A DNA stretch of 60,223 bases, counting the filler. It is 7 parts of 7 records of this genome, joined end to end, with 100 filler letters (N's around TTAATTAATTAA, not from the genome) between each part and the next. Parts side by side here need not be neighbours in the genome. Positions count along the whole stretch, not along the records: positions 5,708 to 14,360 come from SRR2962707_3437; positions 14,461 to 26,579 come from SRR2962707_3444; 5 more parts are not named here. One strand, given 5' to 3'. Positions 9,626 through 20,600 of this stretch are shown one piece after another. Each line of letters opens with the position of its first letter. Positions within the stretch are counted from its first letter, which is position 1. The translations under genes were made by a program, and so were the position numbers. The notes beneath the pieces are model-generated. The model saw nothing but the letters and a program-made list of their open reading frames with translations, had not been told where the DNA came from and searched no databases.

Positions 9626-11425
9626 ATGTCCATGATGCTCCGATTAGCGATGCTGGCCGGTGTGCCGGCCCTCTTGTTGAGCGCGCTGGCTGGCGCCGAT
9701 ACCCGTGCCCTGGACAATGACTGGTTTTTGACTGACGGCGATCCGGCCTTCCGGTTGCACTGGCCTCTTGAGCAAACGGACTCAGGCTGGCGGGTAGTGA
9801 TCGACAAGCCCGACGGCACTCTGTTTTTCAAGAGCCAGATCGCCGATCCGGAGGCGCTACACCTGCTTAACACCAGCAACCGCCGTGGCCCCTTCGCCTA
9901 TTACCATGATAACGGCCAGGTGGAACTGGAAGGCCACTATGATGACCAGGGAAGAATCACCGGCCAGTCCATCTTCTACTGGGACAATGGCAATGCCCGG
10001 GAAATTCGTGACTACTTGCCAGAGGGTTACCATGTGCTCAAGGCCTTCCATGAGAACGGTGGCCTGGCCATGGAGGCGTTGCCGGACAAGGGCGAACGCA
10101 CTGGCCGGGAGAAGCACTACCGGAAAGACGGGTCGTTGCGGTCCCGCCTCTACACCCGGCCCGCTGAACAGGGCGGCCTGGCGGATGTGCGGCTGAACTA
10201 CGACCCACAGGGCAACATTGTTGCCCGCGTGGAAGCCAATGATGACGTCCAGGTCAGCGAGACGATCAAGGACAGTCACTTGGTGGAACGTCTCACCTTC
10301 GACCGGGCCGGAACCTGGTCGCTCCGGGAGCGCTTCAACGAAGACGGTGATCTGATACGGCGGGACCGGAATCTGTTGCCCGGCTACCAGCGGGACGGGG
10401 AACAGATTTTTGTCACCGACGAGGGCGTGCGCCGGGTATCCCATTACCGCAAGGGTAAGCGGCATGGCGCTTCCTCCAGCCGTCGGGGGGACACCTGGCT
10501 GGCACAGGGCTTCTACCGGAACGATCAGCCGGTGGGGCGCTGGTTCAAGGTGGATGAGGACACCGGCGAGGTCACCGTGACCCGCTACGATGACCAGGGC
10601 AGGTTCCTGGGCCGTTATCACATCGGCGCCGATCTGGTGGTTCATGGCGACGACGGCAAACCGATGGCGCCGGCGGCGCTGGGCGAAGTCGAACGCAGTC
10701 TGCCTCCGGTGGGTACCTCCTGGCTGTACCAGTTCAATGACGCCCAACCGGTGACCTTGACGCTCACGGCGATAAACGGCGACAGGGCCGATTATGAAGT
10801 GGGAGAGGGCGGCATCACGCTTCGGGAGGACCTGAACGCCTATCAACCAGAGAGCGCCGAGGCTGGCCCCACTCTGCGCTTTCCGCTGCATCCCGGCGAT
10901 GTGTGGCGCTATGACACCGAGTCCACGGTGGAGGTGCCGGTGTCAAAGGGGGGGCGCTGGCAATACCGCTACCGGACCCGGGTGATCAGCCGGGTGGATG
11001 CCCTGGAAAAAATTCAGGTGGGCGCCGGTACCTTCGCCGCCTTGCGCATCAGCCGCGAAATTGCCTGGCGCAAGGACCAGGCTCGTGGCGAAGGGGCGGG
11101 CCTGGATAACATCCGCAACGGCGGCGATGGTCTGGTGGAGGGCTTCACCCGCGAGTTGCTCTGGTATGCCCCGGAAGCCGGTCGAGTGGTGCTTAAGGCG
11201 CACATGGAATCCGGTGACCCGAATCTGCTCCATCGTCCCGCCGCGCAACTGCTGGACAATGCCGCCACCTGGTTCACCGAGTTGCGGGCACTGACCGGGC
11301 CTGGCGGGAAATCGCATCCCGGCGAGCCCCGTTACGCGCGCGAACCGCGGGCAGGCTGGATCGGTTTCGCAATGCATGCCAACGATACCTGGGAATATCG
11401 GATGCAGAATCACGCGGTTGAATGA
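9626..11425 (+). CDS. Secreted protein with MORN-variant/YwqK-like repeats and a C-terminal beta-strand domain
   Basis: N-terminal signal peptide; repeats YYHDNGQVELEGHY, YWDNGN, FHENG; C-terminal LRFPLHPGDVW...GAGTFAALRI...WYAPEAG. Confidence 0.7.
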   Translation: MSMMLRLAMLAGVPALLLSALAGADTRALDNDWFLTDGDPAFRLHWPLEQTDSGWRVVIDKPDGTLFFKSQIADPEALHLLNTSNRRGPFAYYHDNGQVELEGHYDDQGRITGQSIFYWDNGNAREIRDYLPEGYHVLKAFHENGGLAMEALPDKGERTGREKHYRKDGSLRSRLYTRPAEQGGLADVRLNYDPQGNIVARVEANDDVQVSETIKDSHLVERLTFDRAGTWSLRERFNEDGDLIRRDRNLLPGYQRDGEQIFVTDEGVRRVSHYRKGKRHGASSSRRGDTWLAQGFYRNDQPVGRWFKVDEDTGEVTVTRYDDQGRFLGRYHIGADLVVHGDDGKPMAPAALGEVERSLPPVGTSWLYQFNDAQPVTLTLTAINGDRADYEVGEGGITLREDLNAYQPESAEAGPTLRFPLHPGDVWRYDTESTVEVPVSKGGRWQYRYRTRVISRVDALEKIQVGAGTFAALRISREIAWRKDQARGEGAGLDNIRNGGDGLVEGFTRELLWYAPEAGRVVLKAHMESGDPNLLHRPAAQLLDNAATWFTELRALTGPGGKSHPGEPRYAREPRAGWIGFAMHANDTWEYRMQNHAVE

Positions 11426-11490
11426 GCCGGCGTGGCCATGTTCGCGGGGTAAAGGTACGATCGTCCTAATAATGACAAGAGGACGAGCGC

Positions 11491-12372
11491 ATGGATCAGG
11501 CAACATTGATTGCGGTGGGGCTGCCGGCGGCCCTGTTTTTGATCATGGTGGGTATGGGGCTGACCCTGACCCCCAAGGATTTTCGCGAAGTGCTGGTGGC
11601 GCCCCGGGCCACCTTGTATGGCTTGGTGGCCCAGATCCTGCTGTTGCCGATGGTCGGTGTGGGGCTGGCGCTGTGGCTGGACCTGTCACCGGCGCTGGCG
11701 GTGGGGCTGGTGGTGATCGCGGCCTGTCCCGGCGGCACCACTTCCAATCTGTTTGCCTTTCTCGGCCGGGGTGACGTGGCGCTGTCCATTGTCCTCACGG
11801 TGGCGGCAAGTCTGATCACCATTGTCACCCTGCCGATGTTCACCAGTTGGGCGCTCGGCCATTTCCAGGATAGCGAGCGGGTGCTGGAATTACCGGTACT
11901 GCGCACCATCATTACTCTGTTCGTCATCATCCTGATCCCGGTGATGCTCGGCATGACCTTGCGCCATTTCCGCCGTGACTGGGCGGAGAAAGGCGAAAAA
12001 CTGGTGAGCGTGTTTGGTCTGCTGGTGCTGGTGGCGGTGATTGCCCTGCTGCTGATTGATCTCGGAGAAGAAGCGCTGGTATTGCTCAAACAGGGCGGGG
12101 CGGCGGTGATTCTGCTGAATGTCATTGGCCTGGCACTGGGCATGCTGGGAGGACGCTTGATCGGTCTGGACCGCCCCCAGGCGTTCACCGTGGCGATCGA
12201 GCTGGGGATCAAGAACGGCACCTTGGGGCTGATGATCACCTTGACCATGCTGCAGTCCGAGGCAATGTCGGTGCCGGCTGCGGTGTACGGGGTGCTGATG
12301 TTCCTGTTCGGTTTCCTGATGCTGGGATACAGCCGGGTAACCGGAATCGGCCGGCCACGGACGGCGACGTAG
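11491..12372 (+). CDS. Bile acid:sodium symporter (BASS) family transporter
   Basis: MGLTLTPKDF, CPGGTTSN, GDVALSI, IELGIKNG. Confidence 0.93.
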   Translation: MDQATLIAVGLPAALFLIMVGMGLTLTPKDFREVLVAPRATLYGLVAQILLLPMVGVGLALWLDLSPALAVGLVVIAACPGGTTSNLFAFLGRGDVALSIVLTVAASLITIVTLPMFTSWALGHFQDSERVLELPVLRTIITLFVIILIPVMLGMTLRHFRRDWAEKGEKLVSVFGLLVLVAVIALLLIDLGEEALVLLKQGGAAVILLNVIGLALGMLGGRLIGLDRPQAFTVAIELGIKNGTLGLMITLTMLQSEAMSVPAAVYGVLMFLFGFLMLGYSRVTGIGRPRTAT

Positions 12373-12391
12373 CCGGCGGTAATGCACCGGG

Positions 12392-12432
12392 TGCACGCAC
12401 CGGGTGCATGAAATTTGCACCCGATATGGGCA
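12392..12432. promoter_or_regulatory. Two tandem NtrC-type enhancer sites
   Basis: TGCAC-GCACCGG-GTGCA (12392-12408) and TGCAC-CCGATAT-GGGCA (12416-12432) match TGCAC-N7-GTGCA. Confidence 0.7.
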
Positions 12433-12600
12433 TGGCCCGGGGCGGACCGGTGACGCCGGTCCGTCTTCCGGGGCTCCCTCCATGTGCCTGGTTGTCGCCA
12501 GTCAGAGCGGCCTAATTCCTTGTTCTGTAAATAAAAAACATTGAGGGTGGGGGCGAGAGGGCGGCCCCCCGTCACCATCCTCCGGGGCCATGGCTGGCCG

Positions 12601-12615
12601 TGGCATGGTCCTTGC
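12601..12615 (+). promoter_or_regulatory. Sigma54 -24/-12 promoter of the nitrate transporter-nirB operon
   Basis: TGGCATGGTCCTTGC has GG-N10-GC spacing, 34 nt before the start codon. Confidence 0.8.
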
Positions 12616-12649
12616 GAGTTGCGGTGTGTTCTGGTGAGGAATTCAGACC

Positions 12650-13993
12650 ATGCACACTGATAAAGCAACCCGATTGCAACTTTTTGATCTGCGCCTGGTA
12701 CAGACCCGGGTGTTCCATCTGACCTGGATGGCGTTCTTCGTCTGCTTTTTCGCGTGGTTCGCCTGCGCTCCCCTGATGCCGGTGATTCGCGGTGAATTCG
12801 ATCTGACCACCAAGCAGATCGCCAACATCAACATCGCCGCCGTGGCGATCACCATCCTGGTCCGGCTGATCATCGGTCCCCTCTGTGACCGGTACGGGCC
12901 GCGCAAGACCTACACCGGCCTGATGCTGCTCGGTGCCATTCCGGTGTTCGGCGTGGCGGCGGCGCAGAGCTATGAGAGCTTTCTGTTCTTCCGTCTTCTG
13001 ATCGGTGCCGTGGGCGCCAGCTTCGTGATCACCCAGTACCACACTTCGGTGATGTACGCGCCCAACGTGGTGGGCACCGCCAATGCGGCGGCGGCGGGAT
13101 GGGGCAACGCCGGTGGCGGCGCCGCCCAGGCGCTGATGCCACTGGTGCTTGGCGCGGTGCTGATGTTTGGCGTTGGTGAAGCCTTTGGCTGGCGACTGGC
13201 TCTGCTGGTACCCGGGGTGTTGATGCTGGTGATGGCGTTTCTTTACTGGCGCTTCACCCAGGATTGCATGGACGGTAACTACAGTGAGCTGCGGGCCGCC
13301 GGCAAGGTTCCGGACACCGGCAAGAAAGGCGGCTGGGACAGCTTCAAGCTGGCCGCTGGCAACTATCGCGTATGGATGTTGTTCGTCACCTACGGCGCCT
13401 GTTTCGGTGTTGAGATTTTCATGCACAACGTGGTCGCCACCTATTTTCTCGATAACTTCGACCTGTCATTGAAAACCGCCGGGCTGGTGGCCGGCAGCTT
13501 TGGCTTGCTGGCCCTGTTCGCCCGTGCTCTCGGCGGCTGGGTTTCCGATCAGGTGGCACGCCGGGGCGGCCTGGATGCGCGTGCCCTGGTGCTGTTCGTG
13601 CTCATCGTTGGTGAGGGGCTGGGGCTGCTGCTGTTCTCGCTGATGGACAGTTTCCAGCTGGCGGTGCTGTCGATGCTCGCCTTCGGCCTGTTCACCCATA
13701 TGGCCTGCGGCGCCACCTACGCCCTGGTGCCGTTCATCGACCGTCAGGCGCTCGGTGGCGTGGCCGGCATTATCGGCGCCGGCGGTAACGTGGGCGCGGT
13801 GGCCGCCGGCTTTCTGTTGCTGTGGGTGGGTGAAGTACGGCACACCCTGTTCATCCTCGGCGCTTTGGTGCTGGTCAGCGCCCTGTGCGCCATCGCCGTG
13901 CGTTTCTCCGCCGCGCATAAAGCCCGTGAAGAAGAACTTTACCAGGAAGCCCTGGCGCAGCGGTCCGCCCAGGTTGCCGGCGGTAACGCCTGA
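12650..13993 (+). CDS. NarK/NasA-family (NNP) MFS nitrate/nitrite transporter
   Basis: FHLTWMAFFVCFFAWF, AGWGNAGGG and GAGGNVG nitrate-signature motifs. Confidence 0.95.
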   Translation: MHTDKATRLQLFDLRLVQTRVFHLTWMAFFVCFFAWFACAPLMPVIRGEFDLTTKQIANINIAAVAITILVRLIIGPLCDRYGPRKTYTGLMLLGAIPVFGVAAAQSYESFLFFRLLIGAVGASFVITQYHTSVMYAPNVVGTANAAAAGWGNAGGGAAQALMPLVLGAVLMFGVGEAFGWRLALLVPGVLMLVMAFLYWRFTQDCMDGNYSELRAAGKVPDTGKKGGWDSFKLAAGNYRVWMLFVTYGACFGVEIFMHNVVATYFLDNFDLSLKTAGLVAGSFGLLALFARALGGWVSDQVARRGGLDARALVLFVLIVGEGLGLLLFSLMDSFQLAVLSMLAFGLFTHMACGATYALVPFIDRQALGGVAGIIGAGGNVGAVAAGFLLLWVGEVRHTLFILGALVLVSALCAIAVRFSAAHKAREEELYQEALAQRSAQVAGGNA

Positions 13994-14018
13994 GACACCG
14001 GATCCGATGGAGGTCGTG

Positions 14019-14360
14019 ATGAAACAGGAACGGTTAGTGGTGATTGGTAATGGCATGGTGGGACAGAAGTATCTGGACCATCTGGTGGCGGACGGGTTGC
14101 ATCACCGTTATCAGGTCACGGTGCTGTGCGCGGAGCCGCGTCCGGCCTACGACCGGGTTCACCTGTCGGAGTTCTTCACCGGACGCAGCAGCGAGGACTT
14201 GTCCCTGGTGCCGGAGCGTTTTTTCGAACGCCACGGCCTTGAGCTACGCTTGAGTGAGGGCGCCGACAGCATCGATCTGCAGAACAAGACGATCCGGACC
14301 GCCAAGGGGGCCACGCTGAACTATGACAAGCTGGTGCTGGCCACCGGGTCCTATCCGTTC
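14019..14360 (+). CDS. nirB: Assimilatory nitrite reductase large subunit (3' partial)
   Basis: LVVIGNGMVG, EPRPAYDRVHLSEFF, YDKLVLATGSYPF; GGAGG RBS. Confidence 0.93.
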
Positions 14361-14460
14361 NNNNNNNNNNNNNNNNNNNNNNNNNNNNNNNNNNNNNNNN
14401 NNNNTTAATTAATTAANNNNNNNNNNNNNNNNNNNNNNNNNNNNNNNNNNNNNNNNNNNN
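14361..14460. other. Artificial contig linker
   Basis: 44 N + TTAATTAATTAA + 44 N. Confidence 0.99.
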
Positions 14461-14617
14461 AAAAAAAAAAAAAAAAAAAAAGGAACCAGTTTGCACCATC
14501 AACAACAAAACGCAGACAATGTGAGTGGAATTAGCCAAGTGACGACAACGAGGCAACAAGATAAAACAAACCCATGGCAAAGTTTCGGGTCACTTATTCG
14601 CCCAAAATTGCTCGTAC

Positions 14618-17600
14618 CGTAGCAAATGTGGACTCATGCCCATCGCGTTCATGAAAGGGTTGCAGGGCTTTGGGCATTCGCGCCTGCATTTCCTCAGCCA
14701 TTTGAATGACCATTTCCTCCGTTTTGGAATCGTCGCCACCTGCGCCGCCGCCACCGCCTTCCATGAGAATTAGAGTGTCAATCAGGGCACTGACTTGCTT
14801 GTTCTCGTACTCGATGTTCGCGTTGGGGTGCAGGCCGAATGCCTCGGGGGTGTCGACGCGCGGCAACTTATCAATGTAGGCTTTCACTTCATCAAGGCTC
14901 CCTTCTGGTGGTGCCTTGTAGGTGCCTTCCGAGGCACCGTCGGAAAGGTTGTAGTCATCGTCAAGCAGCTCCTTAACATAGTACTTCTTGAGAATATTCA
15001 CATTGCAGCGCTTGTCCCAGGAGTCGGTAACTCGACCACCGTAGCAAATCACCCCAACCATCGTATTGAGAGTTTCCCATGGAACTTCAGACCCGGGGCC
15101 TCCGAGTTCCAAATAGTTTTTCACCATCATGAATGCAGTCTTGAGGTCTGAGTTCATCCATGGGTACCTGAAGGCGGGGAGGATGCAACCAATTTGAATT
15201 GAGACGCAACGGCAACAGGGGCACCACGAACAAATCCGACCAAACACGATTGAACGCGCTCCAACAAGCAACTACGCACTGAATATTCCACCCGATAGCA
15301 CCGAACTTCTTCCTCTCCAGAGAAATCGCATTGTAGAAAGCCGTGGCAAAGAGCAGTTTCTTCCATGCACGTGGGTTCGACGACTCCTCATAGTAATCTT
15401 CGGATATGTTGAGGAATGTTCCTGCGAGGTTCGCCTTCAGACCCTTGGGGGGCTCATTTGTGATTTTAACACCGTTTTGGAGAATAGACACTGGAAACTT
15501 GTCACTTGGCATCGATGTCAACCACAACCGATACTCTGGGTTGACCTCCTCCAACATTGCCGCCTCCAAAATCTCCTGCAGCTTCGGAAGCCACGAGATC
15601 GATAAATGACAGTTCTGCAAACACACCCAATGACCTGCCTGCCGTCCAGCTTCCATTAAAGCCTCGGCCTTGGGACCCTGGCCTTGCCCAAGCGACACGA
15701 TCTTGAGGAATTCGCCGTCCTTTCCATTCTGCTGTGCCAGTGAAATCAGCGCATCATTTACGTCCGCTCCGGGCGAGAGAATGAATATCAAGGGCGTATT
15801 GCACGTCGAGGTTGCAAACGCAGAAGCTAAGTCGAATGGGGGGCTCTTCGTGAAGACCTCCCCGAGGTTGTTATGCACAAACTCGGTCACCTTAAACGTA
15901 ATCTTTTCCCGACGGAAAGTTCGCAAAATAACCATTCGAAGGAACTCATGAGCATCGCACCATGGCGCAGGGAGCTCAAGACTTTGCGGCTCATCGCAAG
16001 TCACAAACTTCGCCCAGTATGCCATATTGGACAAGAAAGATGCCGAGAATCCCTCCAAACCGGACACAAAGTCCAAACGCACAACATCACGCCACATAGT
16101 TTCTGTCAACCATGGCTGTGGCTTCGGGCATTTTTCGTCATCGCGATCGCACTTGGGCACACCAACAAGGAAAGCCGTCCACCATGCTTTCTTGATGTCT
16201 TTACGGTCGATGCCCATCATCACCGCGATGGTAAACGCGTAGAGCAGCTTGTGCTGCTCGAACAAGCCACGGCACACGTTGGTATACATGGACAACGTAA
16301 TGTCATCCAGGAGAATTTGCAGTCGCTCGTTCAGCACATCGCTTCGCTCAGCCGCCTGAATACGCTGGTTGTATCTACAATAGAGAGGCATATGACGCAT
16401 AAGAAAAACGACTCTCTCCAACAAGTTATTGTCGGAACAGCGCAAAGGAGAAACACAAGGCGGGCAGTCAAAACGCACAAGTTCTTGAAGAACGCAAGGG
16501 AGTACTGGTACATAGCGTCAATGCTCCCAAGCGAAGCAATCACAAAGTAAAGGACAGAGCCTCGATTGGCGACGATGCGGTAGCTTTCACGAGCAGTGTT
16601 GATTTCTTTCGAGGTGTGCTCCGCTTCCTCTAACCGACCGGCAATAGCCACCGCAGTCACCTTTGATTGTGCGAGATTGTTGATGAGCGCCTCGTCGTCA
16701 AGGATATTGCCCGTGGAGGTGGCGAGCATGTGCAAAATGGAGTCCTCGAGCCGCTTCAGCTCTTTTTGATCCGCAGCAATGGCAACAGTGAGCTCGTCTT
16801 TCTTCTGCTCCAGATCTGGGCGCTCATTTTGGACAACATCTACAAGAAGCTGGTCTTCTAGACCCGATGGTGTCACGGTGAAATTGATGATAGTCACCTT
16901 GATGCATACCTCGGGCATGTAGTGGGGGTTTGCAATTTTCGTTGTGATGAAAAACTTAAAGTCCTTCGAGTATGGGACGTCTGTGTCACCAAGGCGTAGC
17001 ACCATTTGGCCACCGCGTTTGATGACCTGCTTCAGCAGCACCGGCTCCAGAGCAGGGTCTAATTCTTCTTCGACATTCTCCAATAACACCGGGCGGCCAA
17101 AACGAATGCCATTTTCTAGCGTGCGCAAGAAGTTCGATTCCGTCAGCTTGCAAACTTGCAGTTTCTCTTCGCGGTACATATTCTTCGTCCATGCGTTGGC
17201 CTGGCCCTGGGGATCGATCATCAATGGCCATCGCCGGCCAAGTTTGGCAAACAAACCATTCTGCACGGAAAAATCGTCGGCGGGCAAGCCCCACTGAGCC
17301 CATTGGCGCAACTCAACAGGATCTGCGAGCGCACTTTGCAAGGTGAAGGTTGGTGCAACTGGAATTTCAAGTTTCTGGCACGCCATGATCCACGATTTCA
17401 CCATGGCTTTTCGATAGTTTGCAGTGAAAGGCCCAACGTAGGCCACGCACCCAGCGCTAATCACCATGTTACCAACCAACTGTGGTAAAGCGGTATTTTC
17501 TAACTCGTCAGCAAGTTGGCCCCAGCGAATCTTTTCGTCGGCTAGACCCACCGTGAGCTTTTCGGCGCGGATGAGTTTGTTTGCTGTGTCTTGCTGCTGC

Positions 17601-20600
17601 TTTTTCAGGGACTCCTTCTTAGCGACTGCCTCTTTAAACTGCCTTTGCAGGTCGTTGAGGCGATCAATGATGGCTTTCAGACCTGCCTGCTTTTCGCGCA
17701 GGTCAGCCATTGTGGCAGCAAGCTTGGCCTCAGCTGTCGCCAGTCCCGCTCGCTTTGGCGCCACTTCTTTGGCAACTTTGTTGTAGATATACATGGCATG
17801 GCACCAACCGCAAAGACAAGTCGCTGCTGAGGAAATGCTTTTCATTTTGGCCTCATTGAAGTCCGGCATGTCAATGAACTTCTTTAACTTGGCAATCTTC
17901 TTTGCTGAGATATTGTCCTTGTCATAATTTTTGAGCTTGTCGATGAAATCCATTTGACTCATGAGGGCCTTTGCATCTTTCCAGGTGGTCTTACTGCCAA
18001 GCATGATGCACACGGCCTCCAAAGTGGTCTGCACCAACGCGGGTGGATTGGCGAAAGCTTTCACTTCCTGAATGGCGCTCTTGTCCAGCTTATCCAAAGC
18101 TTTCATTGCCTTGTAGTAAGCAGGCAGCGCTTCGTCCAAGTCCTTTTGGCAGTCGTCTTTGATTATCTTGACCTCTTCTGCCACCTTTTGTGCAGCGGCT
18201 TCATCCACTGCAGCCACCTTCTTTGCTTCGTCGGCAGTTTTTTGATCGATTTCAAGCTGCTTCATGAAATTGCCGACATCGACCTCTGCCTTCTCAAGCG
18301 TTGGTTGAAGAGCTGTCAGCTGCACTTTGAGCTTCGCCACGACGTTCTCGGCGTCCATGAGCTTCTTGAGGCCCTCCTTATAGCGTTTTGCCTTGTCCGA
18401 CACAACTGTGTTCTGCTCTTGCATTTTCTCCAAGTAGAGTTTGATCAGCTCCAAATAGGATGTGGGGGTAGTGTAATTGTAGCGGCCATCTTGCTGAAGG
18501 AACTCTGATGTCCGCTTCTCCACCTCTCGGTGGATTTTTACACAAATATTGCAGAGGGGTTCGACATACGCTGATATATTCGCCTTACGATCAGCCGACA
18601 GGAACTTGTGCGCAACCGAGTACAATGCGTCTTCTGGCCAGGGATCAAACCAATCAATGGTGCAGCAGTTCACCAGCGAGGGGAACTTTCGGCAGCGTTC
18701 GCGGAACGACGACCCAACAGGGGAGAATGCTAGGACTGTGTGTAAATTGTTGCGCACGTTGTCAATGTACACCGCAATGATGTTGTCCCGCGTGTCGATT
18801 ATGCCTCGTGCCTTGCACAACGGCCGAACGAGATTGACAATGCGCTCCATCTCTTCCGGCTCGTAGAGGTTTGGTACATCCCCAGAGTTGAGAATGTTGT
18901 TGATGTCTTCGAGAAAGCCCTCTTGAACAACTTGTGTGTCAGAAAACAGGAAAACAACTTTTTTGTTTTCTGCACCCGAGGACATGAGGATCTTTTTGAG
19001 GTCCTCTCTCCACTCGGTCATTCCATAGCCGCGCGTAATCTCAATCGAGATCGTCTTGCACCCAGACATGAACGACGCCAGGTTGGCAAGAGATTTGCGC
19101 CCGGAGCCGCCAACTCCGACCAGCAAAGCGTTGCCACGCGGCTGCGCCAAGACACGGGAAATGCGTGCACAGTGCATCACAGCGTCCTGAAAGAAAACGA
19201 GATGCATTTGCGACGGGTAGGTAATGTTGTACTCTTCAAGCGTTTCTGTCAAGAAATCAGGCAACATTTCAGGAGCCGTGATCTCCTGGTAAACCTTCTC
19301 TTCGCGTGTCAAGAAGTCTCCAAACATAATGTTGTAATTCTTCTCGGCCTCTTGCTCACCCACAGTTTTCGTGGCAGTGACAGCGGCCACGTCCGCCGCC
19401 GTATCACTATCTTCGCCATCAACAGCATCCGATGCAGCATCACCAAGCCCCTCAACAGTTTGAATGTAGGGGTCAACGCATTTGCCGCACAAGTTGGAAA
19501 ACCAACTGCGATCCTCGAGGTTTACAAGTCGGTCGCGGAATACACGGGCTTGTTCGTGGAACCACAGCCGCACAAGTTGGGCTTCACCCTGCATTAACTG
19601 GCCCCGTTTCACCATAAGCATGCCCTGGAACACTTTGGAGAGATCACGCAGGTTGAAAGTGTAATGAGATTTTTTGGGAGTCGGCAACAATTGTTCCGTT
19701 ACCGTTTCGTAAACCTGCACAGACGCATGCGCAAGATTGCCAGCCAAGGCGGACAGCTCTGGCACTTCATGTTGGAAGTAACCTTCGCCGATGGACTTGA
19801 AGATTGTTACCATAGACTCAGCTGACAGGTTCGTCATCCACACCATGTTGAAATGACGCAACAGCCGTCCGGACACTGGGTTGCGGCCACCACCGGGCGG
19901 AGCGCAAGAAGACACAAACGTCGTCTCTGCAACATGTTTGAAGAAAAGTTTGTCTGTGTCGTAGTAGCCACCGTTGTCAATAACTTGGCGGAGCAACTCG
20001 TTTGGTGGCTGTGCACCATAGAACTCGAGTGCAGGCATGTTAAGGTCATCAATGAAGCACAGCATCGTCTTGCCAGCCGGCGGGCCAAGAAGAGTCTTTC
20101 TTTTCTTCTCGAGTTTCGCTTCGAAGAAAATACGCAAATTTTTCGGTGTGGTCTGCGCTGAATAGTTGGATGTAGCTGTAACGAACTTTGCATCCTCAGG
20201 TGCAACGGTAGCGTTGAGGAACTGCTGGATAATAACGGATTTGCCCACACCCGATTCGCCCATGAGCAGCGTGTGATGACCATCCAGCAACAGGGCGTCA
20301 AGAAGGAACGTGTAACGGGTGGTATCGGCAGTGGGCACCATGATATCGAAGAATGAAGCCCCCGGCGTAAAGGTGAACTCCTTCCGCACCGACGTCCACG
20401 AAACAAACCGAATGCCAGCGAAATCAAGGCACACGTCGTACACGCTGGTGGGTACATCTTCCTCGTCCAGTAGGTCTGGCAACACATGCTGCGCTACAAA
20501 CTCATGGAACAGCGCACGGGACTGGTCATCGCAGTTGCCGCCAAGCGACCATGTCATCGTGAACGCAAAAAGGTATCGGCAGAGGCGCTCTTTCTGGTTG

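Noticed and set aside
15087..16478. Apparent frameshifts or pseudogenisation splitting the dynein ORF
   Set aside because: Explained by GT-AG introns whose removal restores the frame and conserved motifs
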